63,666 bases of DNA, filler included, from Choristocarpus tenellus KU-1152 (GCA_964200185.2; 11 parts of 11 records of this genome joined end to end with filler, not necessarily neighbours in it), one strand, 5' to 3'. Positions 37,059 to 50,264 are shown, counted from the first letter of the whole stretch. Notes: generated from the sequence alone by a model not told the origin. Program-made: numbers and translations.

Positions 37059-38174
37059 GTAGGGTTATGGCACATGATGCAATAGAACAGTCACATGATA
37101 TTGTTTAGGGTCAATGCTATTATCAGGGTAACAGCACCTCAATTGTAATGAAGTCTAGGCACGATAGTGTTAGAGGTTAAGGCAATTTTCAGCTTTTACC
37201 TTCGAAGACCTTCATCTGAACCTTACAGCACTACAATGTTACCACACAGTAAGAAAAAAAAATAGCACGATTTCTTGCCCATAATTTCTAACCAAGAATA
37301 GGGTCTAGGGTTTGGCAACGGATGTAAGCTACTATAGTACTATTTGAACACTGACGAACAGTCTCAAAAAGATAAACAAAGTCATCTACAAGGGAGGCAT
37401 TATCTATCTCACCTGCCGCTTGTGACCCGGCCCTCCATACTTGGGCATGTCTAGGCAGAACTTGCACTCCTTGCAGTCCTCAGACAAGCACTGGGGGCAC
37501 TCACCACAGCGACGGTTGCGCAGGTTCTTTCCTGTGCCACGGGCCTTTGTAACTGTTTGCTTCTTGGCTAACTGCACTCCCTCCATATCCCCCCAAACCA
37601 AACATATACACATGTTTGTATGCCAAACCACAGGGGTTGATGTAGGGATTCCAGGTTCAGAGGTTCGTTCGGCGAAGGGTTAAGGCTTTAGGTTTAGGGT
37701 TAGGGCTGGGGTTAAGGATCCACTTAGAGCAAATCCACTTATGAAGAGTAGAGACCAACACTTAATGAACCCTGCACCTCAAAAAAAAAAATGTATGTAG
37801 TCTTAACTCACACCTCGGATATACATACACAAGCACTCAACACCCACAATAAATATATCTATTAAAAAATACACACACAAATAAATACAAATATATTTTC
37901 TAAACGTACAATCATACCACCAACTCTCAACATGCTCTGACAATAAAAACATGAACTCTAATTTTCAAAAAAGAACCCCCAAAAAAGCACTCTCAATAAA
38001 CCAACCCCAACCGAACGTAGTGAAATACTTTGCCCTAACCCTTTTCTTCCCATTCCCAGCAAGCTACTCACCGCCTTGGCAGCAGCACTGTTCGATGATG
38101 CAGCTGAAGAAGAGCCAGACCTCCCCCCTCCGCCCCCCTTGTTACCACTGCCATGGGAGGATGCCCCTTTCCCC
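36623..38174 (-). CDS. CXXC zinc-finger (CpG-binding type) protein exons followed by a Gly/Ala linker and acidic tract; 5' end lost at gap
   Basis: Exons >38174-38072, 37571-37413, 36913-36623 splice to RRCGECPQCLSEDCKECKFCLDMPKYGGPGHKRQ|VCIEKRC, giving all eight Cys and the K(F/Y)GG motif, then DSEEHDEEEEEEEGEEEGGEDEEDEDEEDEDHE. Confidence 0.9.
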
Positions 38175-38274
38175 NNNNNNNNNNNNNNNNNNNNNNNNNN
38201 NNNNNNNNNNNNNNNNNNTTAATTAATTAANNNNNNNNNNNNNNNNNNNNNNNNNNNNNNNNNNNNNNNNNNNN

Positions 38275-38288
38275 AGATACTTTGACCC
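38275..38288. mobile_element. MITE terminus at contig start
   Basis: AGATACTTTGACCC immediately after the linker. Confidence 0.65.
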
Positions 38289-38844
38289 ATTGACCTTTCA
38301 AGAGGAAGATGTTTGAAACATAGTTAGGGTCACAAGTATTAACCAAAAGAAATAAGCGGTCAGGCTTCACCTATCTCAGCGGTGGTGTCGCAACTTCAAC
38401 TAGCGCCCAAAAAATACATGGCCTTGTACCAAAGGTTAGAACGTCTTGATTGTTGCGAGTTTTCCAGCTGGCGACTGTCCTACTCGTGAGATCACGCTAC
38501 ATTCTCTGTACTATTGGTGAAATGAAGTGTAGGTGACTGGGAAGGGGTTATATTGAATTGGACAACAACCATCTCGAATCTATCTCCCATGTGTGACTCT
38601 GATCCAACATGCATCGGGGACTAGTGACAAAAACTGCGAGAGCTTATCCAGGAATATGACTGGACTAGACAACCGTAGTATTTCGCTTAGTAGAAGCAGT
38701 TGCTGAGGGGAAAGCACTGGAACCTCATCCAAAAATGTGGGGAAGAAAGATTCAAAGAGTTGAGGTTCAAATGTCAGAACCTTGCAATGCAACATTGGAT
38801 GTTCTACCGTACGTGGTGGGGATCTGTCCTGCGGAGGTTCTCAC

Positions 38845-39006
38845 CTCCATGACGGGGACCTGACCGTAAGGTAGAGTTGGCTTGAGGGCCATGAACGCTG
38901 GGAAGTCCACAAATTTATCTTCGAATTCTATGCCTTCGTAGTGGAAAGCGAGGCGGGTGGCCTGAGCACGGCCCCCAACATTAAAATAGGTAAGAGTGAT
39001 ATGCAT
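38845..39006 (-). CDS. Glutathione S-transferase N-terminal domain (Tyr-type, sigma-like), first exon only
   Basis: MHITLTYFNVGGRAQATRLAFHYEGIEFED..LKPTLPYGQVPVME followed by a GTGAGA donor; the rest is not on this contig. Confidence 0.9.
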
Positions 39007-40109
39007 GATGCTTAGGTTTTGTTTTCTTGACTTGAATGGTCGTGCACTCGTTCCAACTTCAGGGAATGCTTGTTGTAAGTTCGTCCTGGAAATTTGATCT
39101 TTGTGAAGTGATGTCTATAGTTTGAGAGGGGAAGGATTGAGGAAATACTATTTTTTATTTCTACTTTCTTGCGGGACAAAAGAGACAAAATTCGCCGCTA
39201 GGATGGAAATGGAGTATTTTTCTGAAGAAAATCTCTCATCATGTCTGCATGGGTTCTTTTGTAAAACCCATCCTAATCGGACCCTTCCCACTTCCTCAGT
39301 TTTCCACAATTTCCTCCAAGTCCTTGCAGTCTTGCCCTTGTCCAACCGTAACCTCGTCCTCTCGGTTACGGTTGGTTTTGGTCGGTCTGGTCCGTCTTCC
39401 CTAATATCCTCTTCACTACCCTTGGCTGAGTGAACCACACCCCCAAAGAATTACACGATTCATAATATTGTCTATTCCTTTCATGTTTCATGAAGACCTA
39501 TATAGGAGAATTGAGCAAGTTTTCATATTGTGGAGAAGGAAGAAACATACAACATACTCCAACCTGTCACAACAACGTTTCTAAAAGAGTTATTACAATA
39601 AATGGAAATGGGACCTATGTGCTAAAAAAATGTTAGATCCATCCGTCTACATACAACAAGGAAAAAACGATGAAAAAGGCATATAATCATTGAAATCCAT
39701 AGATACAATAAAACAGCCACAAGAAAACCACAATTCAATGATCACCTCCAGCATCAACGACCAAAATTGGTTCAACAACAGACACATATCCAAGGGCATT
39801 TCAGGGAATGTATGTTAAGTCCCTTACACCTTTTAGATGAGGGTACAACCTACTGTTATCGATATCAAGACTTAGGTTGGGCAAAGGAATCCTCCAGTCC
39901 CCTTGACCTCCAAAGAAGAAAAGAAGAAGAGAAGAACAAGAGAAGAACAAGAGAAGAAGCTCAAGAGGCATTGTCACATGTTGTGCTGGTGGTGAAGACC
40001 ATTTTGCCATGACGGACTGTGGCTGCTTGGACCTCAAGCAGTTTGCCAGGCGCACATTAAGAATTTAGCTCCAACCTCAACACATCTGTGCTACCTGCTT
40101 GAGTCTTCC

Positions 40110-41810
40110 GCAAGAGGAACCTATCACTATCAAAGAAATTAAACCTGTCATAGGAATGGTATATTTTGTGCGAAAAATTGTACCAACGCAACTACAGTCA
40201 TAGAACAGTTAGATCATCTTAACTTGAAAGGTGTCACTACGAACTCTCCTAAAGAATGGGAAATGGACCATCATGTGGCATTTTTTTAAGTGAAATAATT
40301 TCTCATCCCAGGGCTGGTTCTCGTATTTCCTTGCTATACCGAAGAGTTTACCATTCACATTGATGCCAGTGAAAGTGGTCCAGGGATTTCTTAAGAAAAT
40401 CACGAAATGATATTCCTTTTTCCCTTGGAACATCTCCAAAATATCAGAGGGGATAAGAATACATACTATCCCTAATGAAGTGGATATTACTGCTTACTTG
40501 GACAGGAAATTTAGTTCAGCTTAAGGTCGCTTTTCACCTACATCAAGATTATGTTATATACAGTCGTTACCGTCATCTCTCATTGGTGCCCATATCTCTG
40601 GGGTAGACACTTTACCTCCACTACAATCATACCGCATTGTGTTACTTTTATAGATGCAGGATATGGCAAGAAACTAAGTAGCCCTATCTAGATGGGTCAT
40701 GCGTTATAAGCTAGAGTCATCAGGGAAATGGGCAAGGAGAGTTTTTTTTTATTCGTGGGATGCTTCCCTACCTCCTCACCCAGGGGTGCAGGAATAGGTT
40801 TGAGACACACAAAGGCAGTAGTAGTACAGCATATATATGTAGTAGTAAAATAAGAATTAGAATGACGTTTTTCACTTTTGTGACAACTGTTACTTCTTAG
40901 GGATTTTACAGACATGTGAATAGGTTTCATTGGTTATTCCCCTGACACATCTGTAAAATGTCAGAGGGCATAATAATAAAATAAAGTATGGTTACCTTGT
41001 CGAATGACTAGTGTTACACTTGCTTGGTTTATGTTGATGCAAGTATATAACGTAGCTACATGTACGCTTATCTTTAGTTTGGTACAATACAAGGTAGTAA
41101 CGTACATAGCGACATGACGAGTCAGCATTTGTATATGCGTCAGTGATAATCAATGGCTAAGACAAATTCGGGCGAATAATTTATAACCAGTGTATGTTTA
41201 CTTAGTGCTTATGATTTCACTGCCAAGCACAAGCCCGGTAACCTAAATGATAAACCTGACACTCTATTTTGTATTTTCAAGTTAGAGAAACAAAAAACGT
41301 CCGTTGCTCCAATCCTGGCACCCATCTGTCACAATGTACCCAGTGGCAGTCATTAATATATCTTACCTGATTAAAGGAATATGGAGTTGTGTAATGCTAA
41401 CCCTGACCAAGCAACAGCCACCGTCCAAAGTGATCTTGAACTAATCACCAGTTCCACAACTGTATTTCCTACAATGAACTTGGACCAATTGCGCAAAGAC
41501 CAGGACTCCGAGTTTGGATAATATTTCAGATACATTCGGTCCCCCATTGTCTCCCTACCAACTGACAAGGAAAAGACTACATTCATTCTTTCCTTCGTAG
41601 CGACTTACAGTGTCATTTGTATTTCTAAACCATCTTCGTAAGGGGAGCAAGTTTGGAGACCAATTGGTGGTTCCTCGCTCGTTAGTTCGTACGCCACCGT
41701 TACAGAATCATGCACTCCTTGAAGCCCATTTACGTTTTAAATCCACGTTTGATAAGGTTGGAGAGACTCGTATTGGTAGCCAACATCCAATAGCCTGTTC
41801 GTAGATAGTG
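40110..41810 (+). mobile_element. Second, more decayed Ty3/Gypsy pol fragment related to 57-2100, interrupted at about 40712-41200
   Basis: PITIKEIKPVIGMVYFVRK, FTIHIDASESG, HWCPYLWGRHFT, AYDFTAKHKPGNLNDKPDTL, KFGDQLVVP (cf. KFRDQFVVP), AHLRFKSTFDKV. Confidence 0.75.
40880..40985 (+). mobile_element. Stem-loop + (AAT)n retro-element 3' end inside the Gypsy fragment
   Basis: CCCCTGACACATCTGTAAAATGTCAGAGGGCATAATAATAAAA. Confidence 0.75.
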
Positions 41811-42588
41811 CTTCTGATACGCCATATTGATACCATTGGTGGGATAGATCAAAACATAGACCCAGATATGCTTCCATTTATTGCCATTTACATATACCTG
41901 GTATTGGATTATCCACTCATACATATATGGTACCTGGGATCCCGTAATGTTAACAGATTCCTTTCTGGTTATCCACGTGGAATTCCAAACCCAACATGGT
42001 AGCCCGTACCTGGTTCACAGCAACTCCTTCGGTCTCAGTAGAATTGAGACCACAAGCTCCTTGTAACAGTAGTACTATATGTCCACACCAACTCACATTT
42101 TGTCATTTGTCAAGGAACACCATCAATAATCCAAAGCGGATCAAGAGTGGGATACTTCTACACACTATAGCAGATCAATTATTCACAGGACCTTTTGCTG
42201 AGAAAAAGCGTGCGATGAGTTATAATAAGAGTGCAAGTTGTCTACCCACCCTGCTAAGGTCACCAACCTCCCCACGTTCGTTGGAAAGTAGGGAGAGGAT
42301 TTCTTCGGTTTTGCAGTTCATCCTGATGCTACCCTACCCGTTTACAGCTGCAAACTTGCGCTTGATGGCCTCGACATTATCTCTGAGGGGTTGATTTGGA
42401 TTGTGGATATTGAGTCAAGGCCCGTACCTGAAGCAGCAAGTTCAACAGTGAGTTCCATGCCATGTATTCAAGGACCCACGGTAACATCNNNNNNNNNNNN
42501 NNNNNNNNNNNNNNNNNNNNNNNNNNNNNNNNTTAATTAATTAANNNNNNNNNNNNNNNNNNNNNNNNNNNNNNNNNNNNNNNNNNNN

Positions 42589-42800
42589 AAATCTGATGTT
42601 GCGATTTTGACGTAATTTTGGCTATCGTGTTTGTTAGGAAGTGTCAATATCCTTGTTCCGAACAGACCTTTTCATAACGTATACATTTTACCTACTCCAA
42701 AACATTTCGGAGTAGGAAAATATCATAAAAAACCTGTGGGAAATCAAACCCCAAATGGACAAACAGGGCAAAACTCGTACCCTCTAAGATACTTTCACTC
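42589..42800 (-). mobile_element. MITE family A copy truncated by the contig start
   Basis: Colinear with 26750-26960; ends CCCTCTAAGATACTTTCACTC. Confidence 0.9.
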
Positions 42801-42839
42801 ATGTACTCGTGTACAAAGAGGGTTGCACTCCACTTCTAT

Positions 42840-43120
42840 ACACACACACGTAATTAAGTGCTCCTGCAATATTCACAAGTCTACTACTAAGATTGTCTGA
42901 ACCGACTCAGCATAAACTAGTGCTGTGAATCAAGAAGTTTTAAGAGCATCAACTAATATAGCACAAAAAGGTCTCATATAAGTTGTTACAATGATCGATT
43001 GGCATAGAGCCGTGACCGCATGAGGTGTGCTACGAGCAACTAATATACAACCAGATCTACAACCTCGAATACACAAGAAAAGAAAAAGAATCCACCTACT
43101 CTGGTCTAGTTTAACCAACT
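42840..43120 (-). mobile_element. Possible decayed non-LTR reverse-transcriptase fragment
   Basis: RGCRSGCIL (cf. RGVRQGCPL) followed by ALVYAES (cf. LAYADD); weak. Confidence 0.3.
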
Positions 43121-43835
43121 AAATACAAACCCCCTAATTTTTCGATGTCAACTATCTCAGATACAAATGAACTCCAGGATTTGTACCGGTACGACTCACA
43201 ACACTACGTAATACACACTAAATTGACACAAAATATTTAAACAGGGAAGGCATTCCGAGAGAGGCACTACATAGAAAAATATCTGATTCTTGTGATCTGG
43301 TGCCAATTTTCCAAGATTGCTAACAATTACGATGGGGAGTGGGGGGGGACGGAAGGGCTGTATGATGATGTGACCTACACCACATATAGTGGGTGTCACC
43401 TACAAGGAGTAAACCAACAACAATATCCCAGTAGGTTTCTGTGGGGTTTTCTTAAATGTGTAAATAAAAGAAAAAAAATCATATTTTTAACCCTTTACTA
43501 GAAATACACTCACATCATTCGTCATTTGTTAGGTATCCATTTCTAGACACTAGTCTTATTCATGAACCTCAGAAAAAAATATTTAATGACGCCTGTAAGG
43601 TTTGTTCCAAAAAGTAATGTTCTTCCTTTCAGAACGATAAAAAACAAAACAAGATATTCGATTCAACTAAAATAGTTCCGAAAAATTAGAAATTAGAATA
43701 ATAATAATAAGAATAAACAACAGGACATGCACAATAACTCGAAACGAAGAATATCCAGAACCTTGTGAAAAAATAGCCTGCAATCTGAACTGTCTACCAA
43801 CAATTTGAATAAACCTGCCTGATGAAAAAACGAAC

Positions 43836-46662
43836 CTTTTTGATGGCTTCTACCTCCCTCGCCTCTATTTCCGCGACCGTCCTAAGTTTTCCCACCACAT
43901 CGCTCCGCTCGAAGTCTTCCAGACAGTTCTCTTGCATGATCTTGAGGACCTCCCCCATGGCCTCATCGAAAATATTATACCTGCACATAGACAGTAGACA
44001 CAACCAACCACCAAAGACAACTCATTCTCGAGTGTGTGTGTAACCCAACTCCATGTCATACACTCCAGACTACTTCCTCTGTTAAGATCACTTCGAACAG
44101 TTAGCGGCGCAGACCATTTATTTTTTTTCCCGAAAGTACAAGAGTGGTATCAGACTTTCAGTGCATATAATAAACGTCTTGCAAATAATACCCAACAAAA
44201 CAAAAAAAAGTATACCAAGGCAAAGTTACCCGAAAAACTAGACGAAATGTGACTTCCTCTACCTACTACTTCCGATATCTAAATATATCTCAACGACAGC
44301 ATTACAGGAATAACACGCCACATCGTGCATTAATCGTCTGCCTTGCAGAGTGAAGCTGAGAAATTTAAATCCGACTTGGCGATGGGTCCTGAGGGGAAAG
44401 CAAACTGCAGGGCATTTTGCACTTCATCGTTGCCCCACCTTTCTCTAATATGCAAGTAAAGGGTACACCCTAAAATTGCACCACCCCTCGATGGGTCTCC
44501 GGGCAGATCTCCGGTATCAATCTTGCCCCATCCCTTGGGCAATACCTTACAAACCTCTTTTTTTTGAAATGTCACAAAATACACTAGCGCCTTGACTTGT
44601 ACCAACATCTACTAGAAAATACACCTGATGTATAGAATAGACATGACACCGTTGTGTATGGAAGGAATACAAAAGGAATACAAAAGGAATACAATTTTTA
44701 AAAATCAGTGACGAAACGATTTCGAGGACAAGTCGCAAATTCCCCGCCAAGCACGTATTGGGGGGATCGGTGAATCAGTTTGACATTGTAAGGTATATCA
44801 CACCACTAGTATACACACATATCACAGAAGGTAAATAACGAATACTACTTCATACCATCATCGGTTTCTTTCGCAGTAGTCGCAATATTCCGTCAACTCT
44901 CTCAGCATTTATTTATTTATTTGCGTCCTGTCCTTTAACAAGAATTGTCTGTGTTCCAAAAGGAATGCATATATGTATATATAGAGCACGCATATATATA
45001 TATATCCACACATGTACAAAATGTACGCAGATAAGAATAATAAGGCATGTGGTTACGCAGAGAACTATGTGCATATAGTATGTATGAATACATACTAGGC
45101 ACACATATCGTACAATTACTGCAAAGCCAACAGCACACACACACAATACACTATGCACATAGACCCATCTTTATCTTTATCTTTCTCACCTGCTAAACTC
45201 TGAGGCCAAGATCCTGTCTCGGCAGCCATCCGAAATGGCCACAGGTCGGGGAGCTAAGGGGGCAACAAAGGTGTCCACAATATCAACTGTCTGAGCCTGC
45301 CGCTCGAAGTATCCCTCCACCTTATCCCTTTCCATGCACGCCTTCATAACAACATGGAACACCCACCACGCCAACGTAAGGAAGAGAGTAGATTAATTCA
45401 CACACACAAATATATACATTGTACTTTGGGGTATATATTAAAACACTAAAAAAAAACACACATACAGGCACACATCACCACAACTACATGTAAATTCAGG
45501 TGAAATGAAAAAAATAATAATTGAGGTGTAAGTTCACATACATAAGTATGTATTGTGTTACTCTTTGAAAGAGGAAAAAAAGAATGTAAGGAGGAATGCA
45601 AAACAAGGGGCCATAAAAAATAATAATAATAAATGTTGCACAACAGATGGTACAATAGTGGTTATCTGTTCTAGTGAAATGTTTTTCTTCTTGATGTCTC
45701 AGATTTCAAAGTATCACCTGGTTTTATTTATTTTTGTGCATTTGAATCTCCAGATGTTTTTCTTTTTTAAACCAAAAATAGTTGAGTAATAAAAATCATG
45801 TTATATCCTTAAACTCTAAACCCAAATACAAAAACACACCTTGTGAAAAACAGTAAGACATTTGTTGTGACGAGTGATAAGGGAATCTCATGGCGCTACA
45901 TAGCGCTACATAAGACTACATAGCAAGCACACCTTGTAGAAGTCCGGCAACTCTGGGGCCACCTTGGCATCCGCAAAATGTCGAAATTGTGCCCATAGCT
46001 CTTCCACAGTCAACTGGTCTGCCAGAGAAGCCCTGCAGCAAATAAAAACAAAAACACCAACGAATGAGAAAACAATAACAAGAGAAGAGAAAGTGGAGAG
46101 AAGAAGAATGCTCCGCATGCAATTTTTTTGGTACTCTGAAGTATATACTCTACTGTTCCTATTTCTGGGGTTGAGAATCACTTTTTTAACGAATCAAATA
46201 ATTGGTGTTTTACGTTATGAATCAGCTTTAGAAAAATGTCCATGTAGTACTCAATCACAATCGAAACGTGCACTCAACGCACGAACAGGGGCGTGAAAAT
46301 CGCCGAGCACTGCGAGCAACACGCGTTCACACAAAAAAAGCACTCAGAAATGAACCCCCTCATGTTTTTTTTCGAATAATCGCAATTTGATCCACTCGTA
46401 GCCATTCAATGGAATCTAAGATCCATAACACAAACAAATTTACACTCCATTCACTCTTTACCTCAACAAGGCCGGGGTGGGAATGGTGGAAAACCCATGA
46501 GTGAGGGACTCCAGATAGGCTTGGTCCTTCCGGATGTACTTCCAAATCGGCCATCCCACACACGGCCAGAAGACAATGCCAGTCCTGAGAAAACGGAGAT
46601 GGGAGTGAGAGAGGAGGATGAAGACCATCAGGAAGGGCGGATATAACCTTTGATTCGAAGCA

Positions 46663-46700
<38 letters not shown>

Positions 46701-49336
46701 TGCGTGCATATTGCCCCACCACAAAGAAAAAGATCATGTGTACGTAGAATACTCTTTTTGTTGATTTGTAAGAAAGACTGACCTACTCACTACCTATACA
46801 AGAGATTCCAAATTAATTAAATCCAGTGTTCTAGCAGAGCCCCGAGTCACTTAGGTACCTCATAAAGTGCCTTTATTGCTTTGGCTTATTTCACTGGGGT
46901 AGAATTTCTTGACACACAAAACAAGGGATCTGATCAACTCCAGTTGGATTAGTGCGAACCTCCTATCTCCATCTAAACCACCCAAAACCGAGTTATCAGG
47001 GTAACTATTATTTACATCCCTGTAACAAAAGCAAGAACAACATTTTTTCTAAAAAGAGATGAACAAAAAAAAGTGAAGAGCATTCAATGATCGATGTTTT
47101 TCAAAGGGTCATACATTGAAATATTCATACACAGGAGATATAAGAAAAAAAATGAAGTACTATATTTTAATTAAATCTTAACATTAAATTTGTATTTCTA
47201 CTATTATTCTTATTCTTATTATTAGACTTACCTCACGAGGTTATTGATCAAGGCCAATCGCCTAAGGGTTGTCAGGTTCCTGGCAGACTGAAATCTCAAG
47301 TATGCAAAATCCAGAAGGAGCACCCACAGGATCAATATCAGGAGTGCCACCATCATGGTCTTGTACTCATTCATCTTTTTTTGTTGAAAAATCAGGGTTA
47401 GAGTTCGGAACTAGTTAGTGATGACAACAAGGTACTACATAGGGCCTTGGAGTACTTCAATATGTAAGTAAAGGGTGTATACAGATCAGGGGATCTATCG
47501 GATGTCAATGTTCTTTTCCGATTAAAAAAAGCACGACCTTCTTGTGTACTCATATCTCTCTTGAAAAAACAAATACAGGTAATACTACATCGGTTCATAT
47601 TCAACGACAAATTAAAATGTTAACACGGTTCATATTCAAAACTATTAAGAATTTGATCCACATTTAAAAACAAATAATGATTTTAGCATGGTTCATATAT
47701 AAAAACAAATAATAGAAGTAATATGATTCATATATATTTTTATTGATAGCGTTATAACATGGTTCATATTTAAATCAAACCATACAAGCTGTTATATGGA
47801 AATCACTACACCATATATAAAACAAATAATATGAGCAGTTCCCTTATCTTTTCTTCAAATTACAGACATACATACACTGCCACCTTAGGGAGGTAAAATG
47901 TGGCTATTCCTTTTCATCCCAGGAGCCACTCCACAACCCAGTGTCAGAGCACTCTTCCTTTACTTCCTCTTGTCTAGCACCATATTGAACAGTTTGTGGG
48001 GCAGGCTGTAAACATAAATATCGCATCAGAAATCCTCTTTTTGGGGGGCAGGGGGGAGGATCTCAGAAAAATCTGTTGCGACGTTATGCTAAAAACGTCA
48101 CCAACAAATCCAATTCTATTCTAGGACTATCTCTATTCTGATCCACTCCCACCCACTCTAAAGTTGAAAGAAACGCCTCCGTCAAATGGGGTATTTTTTT
48201 TCTCGTCCACAAATAGAGGGAGTTAATATTGCTTGGGATGGCATTTAGGAGTGCAAGGTGTCCAGATTAGGGTTAGGGTTAATCTTCACTAGAAAACACA
48301 TAATTCTTGAACGACTACCTAACATTCATTTGCGGTATATAATTAGTGTAGGCTGGGGTTTTTCTAAACAGCACTCTGAAGTAGGTTTGTAGACCGCCTC
48401 TTTTTCGTTTCTGAACACTTCACAATAAAAAATAAGCAAGCTGTTTCTGCATGTCAAAATTTGTTTCAAAAGGTAGAATTGTAGGTCAGTCAAGGTAAAA
48501 AAAGAGGACGGTATAATTCGGAATTGTTTACACTATTTGGAGTGAACATAGTACCGTCCCACTGCTCTATCACCTACCAATACATACCAATACATTGGTA
48601 GTCAGCAAAACTAGGAAAGTTCGAGAGAATTCAGCACAGGCAAATCAGTAAATATTCCCACCTTATCTAGTTTCTTTTCTGTCAGATTGGACAAAAAGAA
48701 CCATTTCTTTTTTTTTAACGTGAGAAAAAATAAAAGCCGCTAGAATACTCGGGGGCTCCAACTGAAAAAACCACACAAACACAGCAGCGTAACTGTTGTT
48801 AGATTGTATGATTGACACTGGTACACCAATTGTATTAAAAAAAACTCTCTATACATACGTATGCTATTATTTTAATACTACCAATATTGATAACAGGTTA
48901 TCTCGTACCATCTGACTTGGGACCGAGAGGGAATCGACCTTAACCCTAACCCTAACCCCAACCTTTTGATTGGGGAAAGTTCTGCTGTTGTAGTGCCCTT
49001 CCCTTCGCCATCTCACACCTCCAATAGTCATTAATATAGCTAAGCTATATCGCATTCGAGACTAAAAAAATATATATATATCAATATTCAAAATCGTACT
49101 TTTTTTTGTTTGATGTTGATAAAAAAACACACATGGATTCAACACTTCTTTCAAGAATTTGTCTCTTTTTCTCCTATTTTTTTGGCGTCTACGAAAATGA
49201 ACTTACTTAGGGTTAGGGTTACAGCATCACCTGCCGCCGAACATTTCTCATTTTATACATAAACCAGACAGCCAATAGGAGCCATGCACCGGCATAGTTG
49301 TAGACGATCAGCAACAGATTGCCCCCTCCAATACAC
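43836..49336 (-). CDS. Transmembrane RGS protein (7TM-RGS-like): last three TM helices plus RGS domain; both ends incomplete
   Basis: Phase-consistent exons 49336-49231, 47374-47232, 46584-46462, 46032-45933, 45341-45190, 43980-43836 give ..AWLLLAVWFMYKMRNVRRQMNEYKTMMVALLILILWVLLL..TGIVFWPCVGWPIWKYI..QFRHFADAKVAPELPDFYKAC..IVDTFVAPLAPRPVAISDGCRDRI..IFDEAMGEVLKIMQENCLEDFERS. Confidence 0.85.
47591..47770. repeat. Degenerate AT-rich minisatellite, about 35-bp period, core GGTTCATAT
   Basis: Core at about 47592, 47627, 47690, 47724, 47761 plus one decayed copy near 47655. Confidence 0.7.
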
Positions 49337-49879
49337 CTGGTCAATAATCAATTCCATTTGTTTTGTTTCAACATGGCATGCAGGACAAATTTGGAGCAAT
49401 TCAAGGGGGGGGGGAGGGGTTGGAACGGGGACAGGTTATGGTTAGGGAAAATGAATCGACCTGATATTTTCGGATGTAAAAACGACCAAGGATACATAAG
49501 CAAAAAACACTGCATTTATTTTTTATCAAGCAGTTCAAACGGAAAAAAATACAAAATGTAGTAAACAAAACGAAAAATCTGCGCACAATTGTAGCAGTAG
49601 TATCAGCAATCATTATCATTAGTAATAGTGTTAGTAGTATTATTATTAGGAATAATAGGAATAATAGGAATAATAGGAATACTTAGCAGTGGTGGAGGAC
49701 TCCGCGCTTTTGTTAGAACATTAGATCGAACAGGGAGGCAAACTAAGAACAGAAATGTATGTCTCTGCCGTATTCAAAAATATACAATGAAAGGTAAAAA
49801 CTTACCATATTACTACAATTTCTGAACTAAAACAAACTATGCACGTAAGTACTGAATATTTTTTATTTCTACAACGGAA

Positions 49880-49912
<33 letters not shown>

Positions 49913-50144
49913 TATGTTTATCTAGAGTTCTTTTCCTTACGTTGTAGTGTTCCGATAAACATTTGACACCTCTGTCCAAACAAAAAGTGTGGGGTGAGAA
50001 ATTATAAATCTAAGTGGAAGCAAAGATTTAAAGTAGAAAATGTATACAGTATACTCTCGTAGAATATTATTTTTAACCAAGCGTGCATGTTAAAAAAAAG
50101 TAGGAACTCCTAATAGAACATGTACACGGAATAAAAACAAAAGC

Positions 50145-50264
50145 GCAAGTTTAAAATGTTCCACAGATTAGTTTCAAACTGGGAATATCTTCACAAATTT
50201 GGGAGCAAGTTTAAAACCTTCCACAGATTAGTCTTAAACTGGGAATATCTTCAAAATTTGGGAG
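50145..50264. repeat. 60-bp tandem duplication
   Basis: GCAAGTTTAAAA..TTCCACAGATTAGT..AAACTGGGAATATCTTCA..AAATTTGGGA twice. Confidence 0.9.

Noticed and set aside
47591-47770. CRISPR array
   Set aside because: Core is only about 10 bp, spacers resemble each other, no cas genes, and it lies in a eukaryotic intron.
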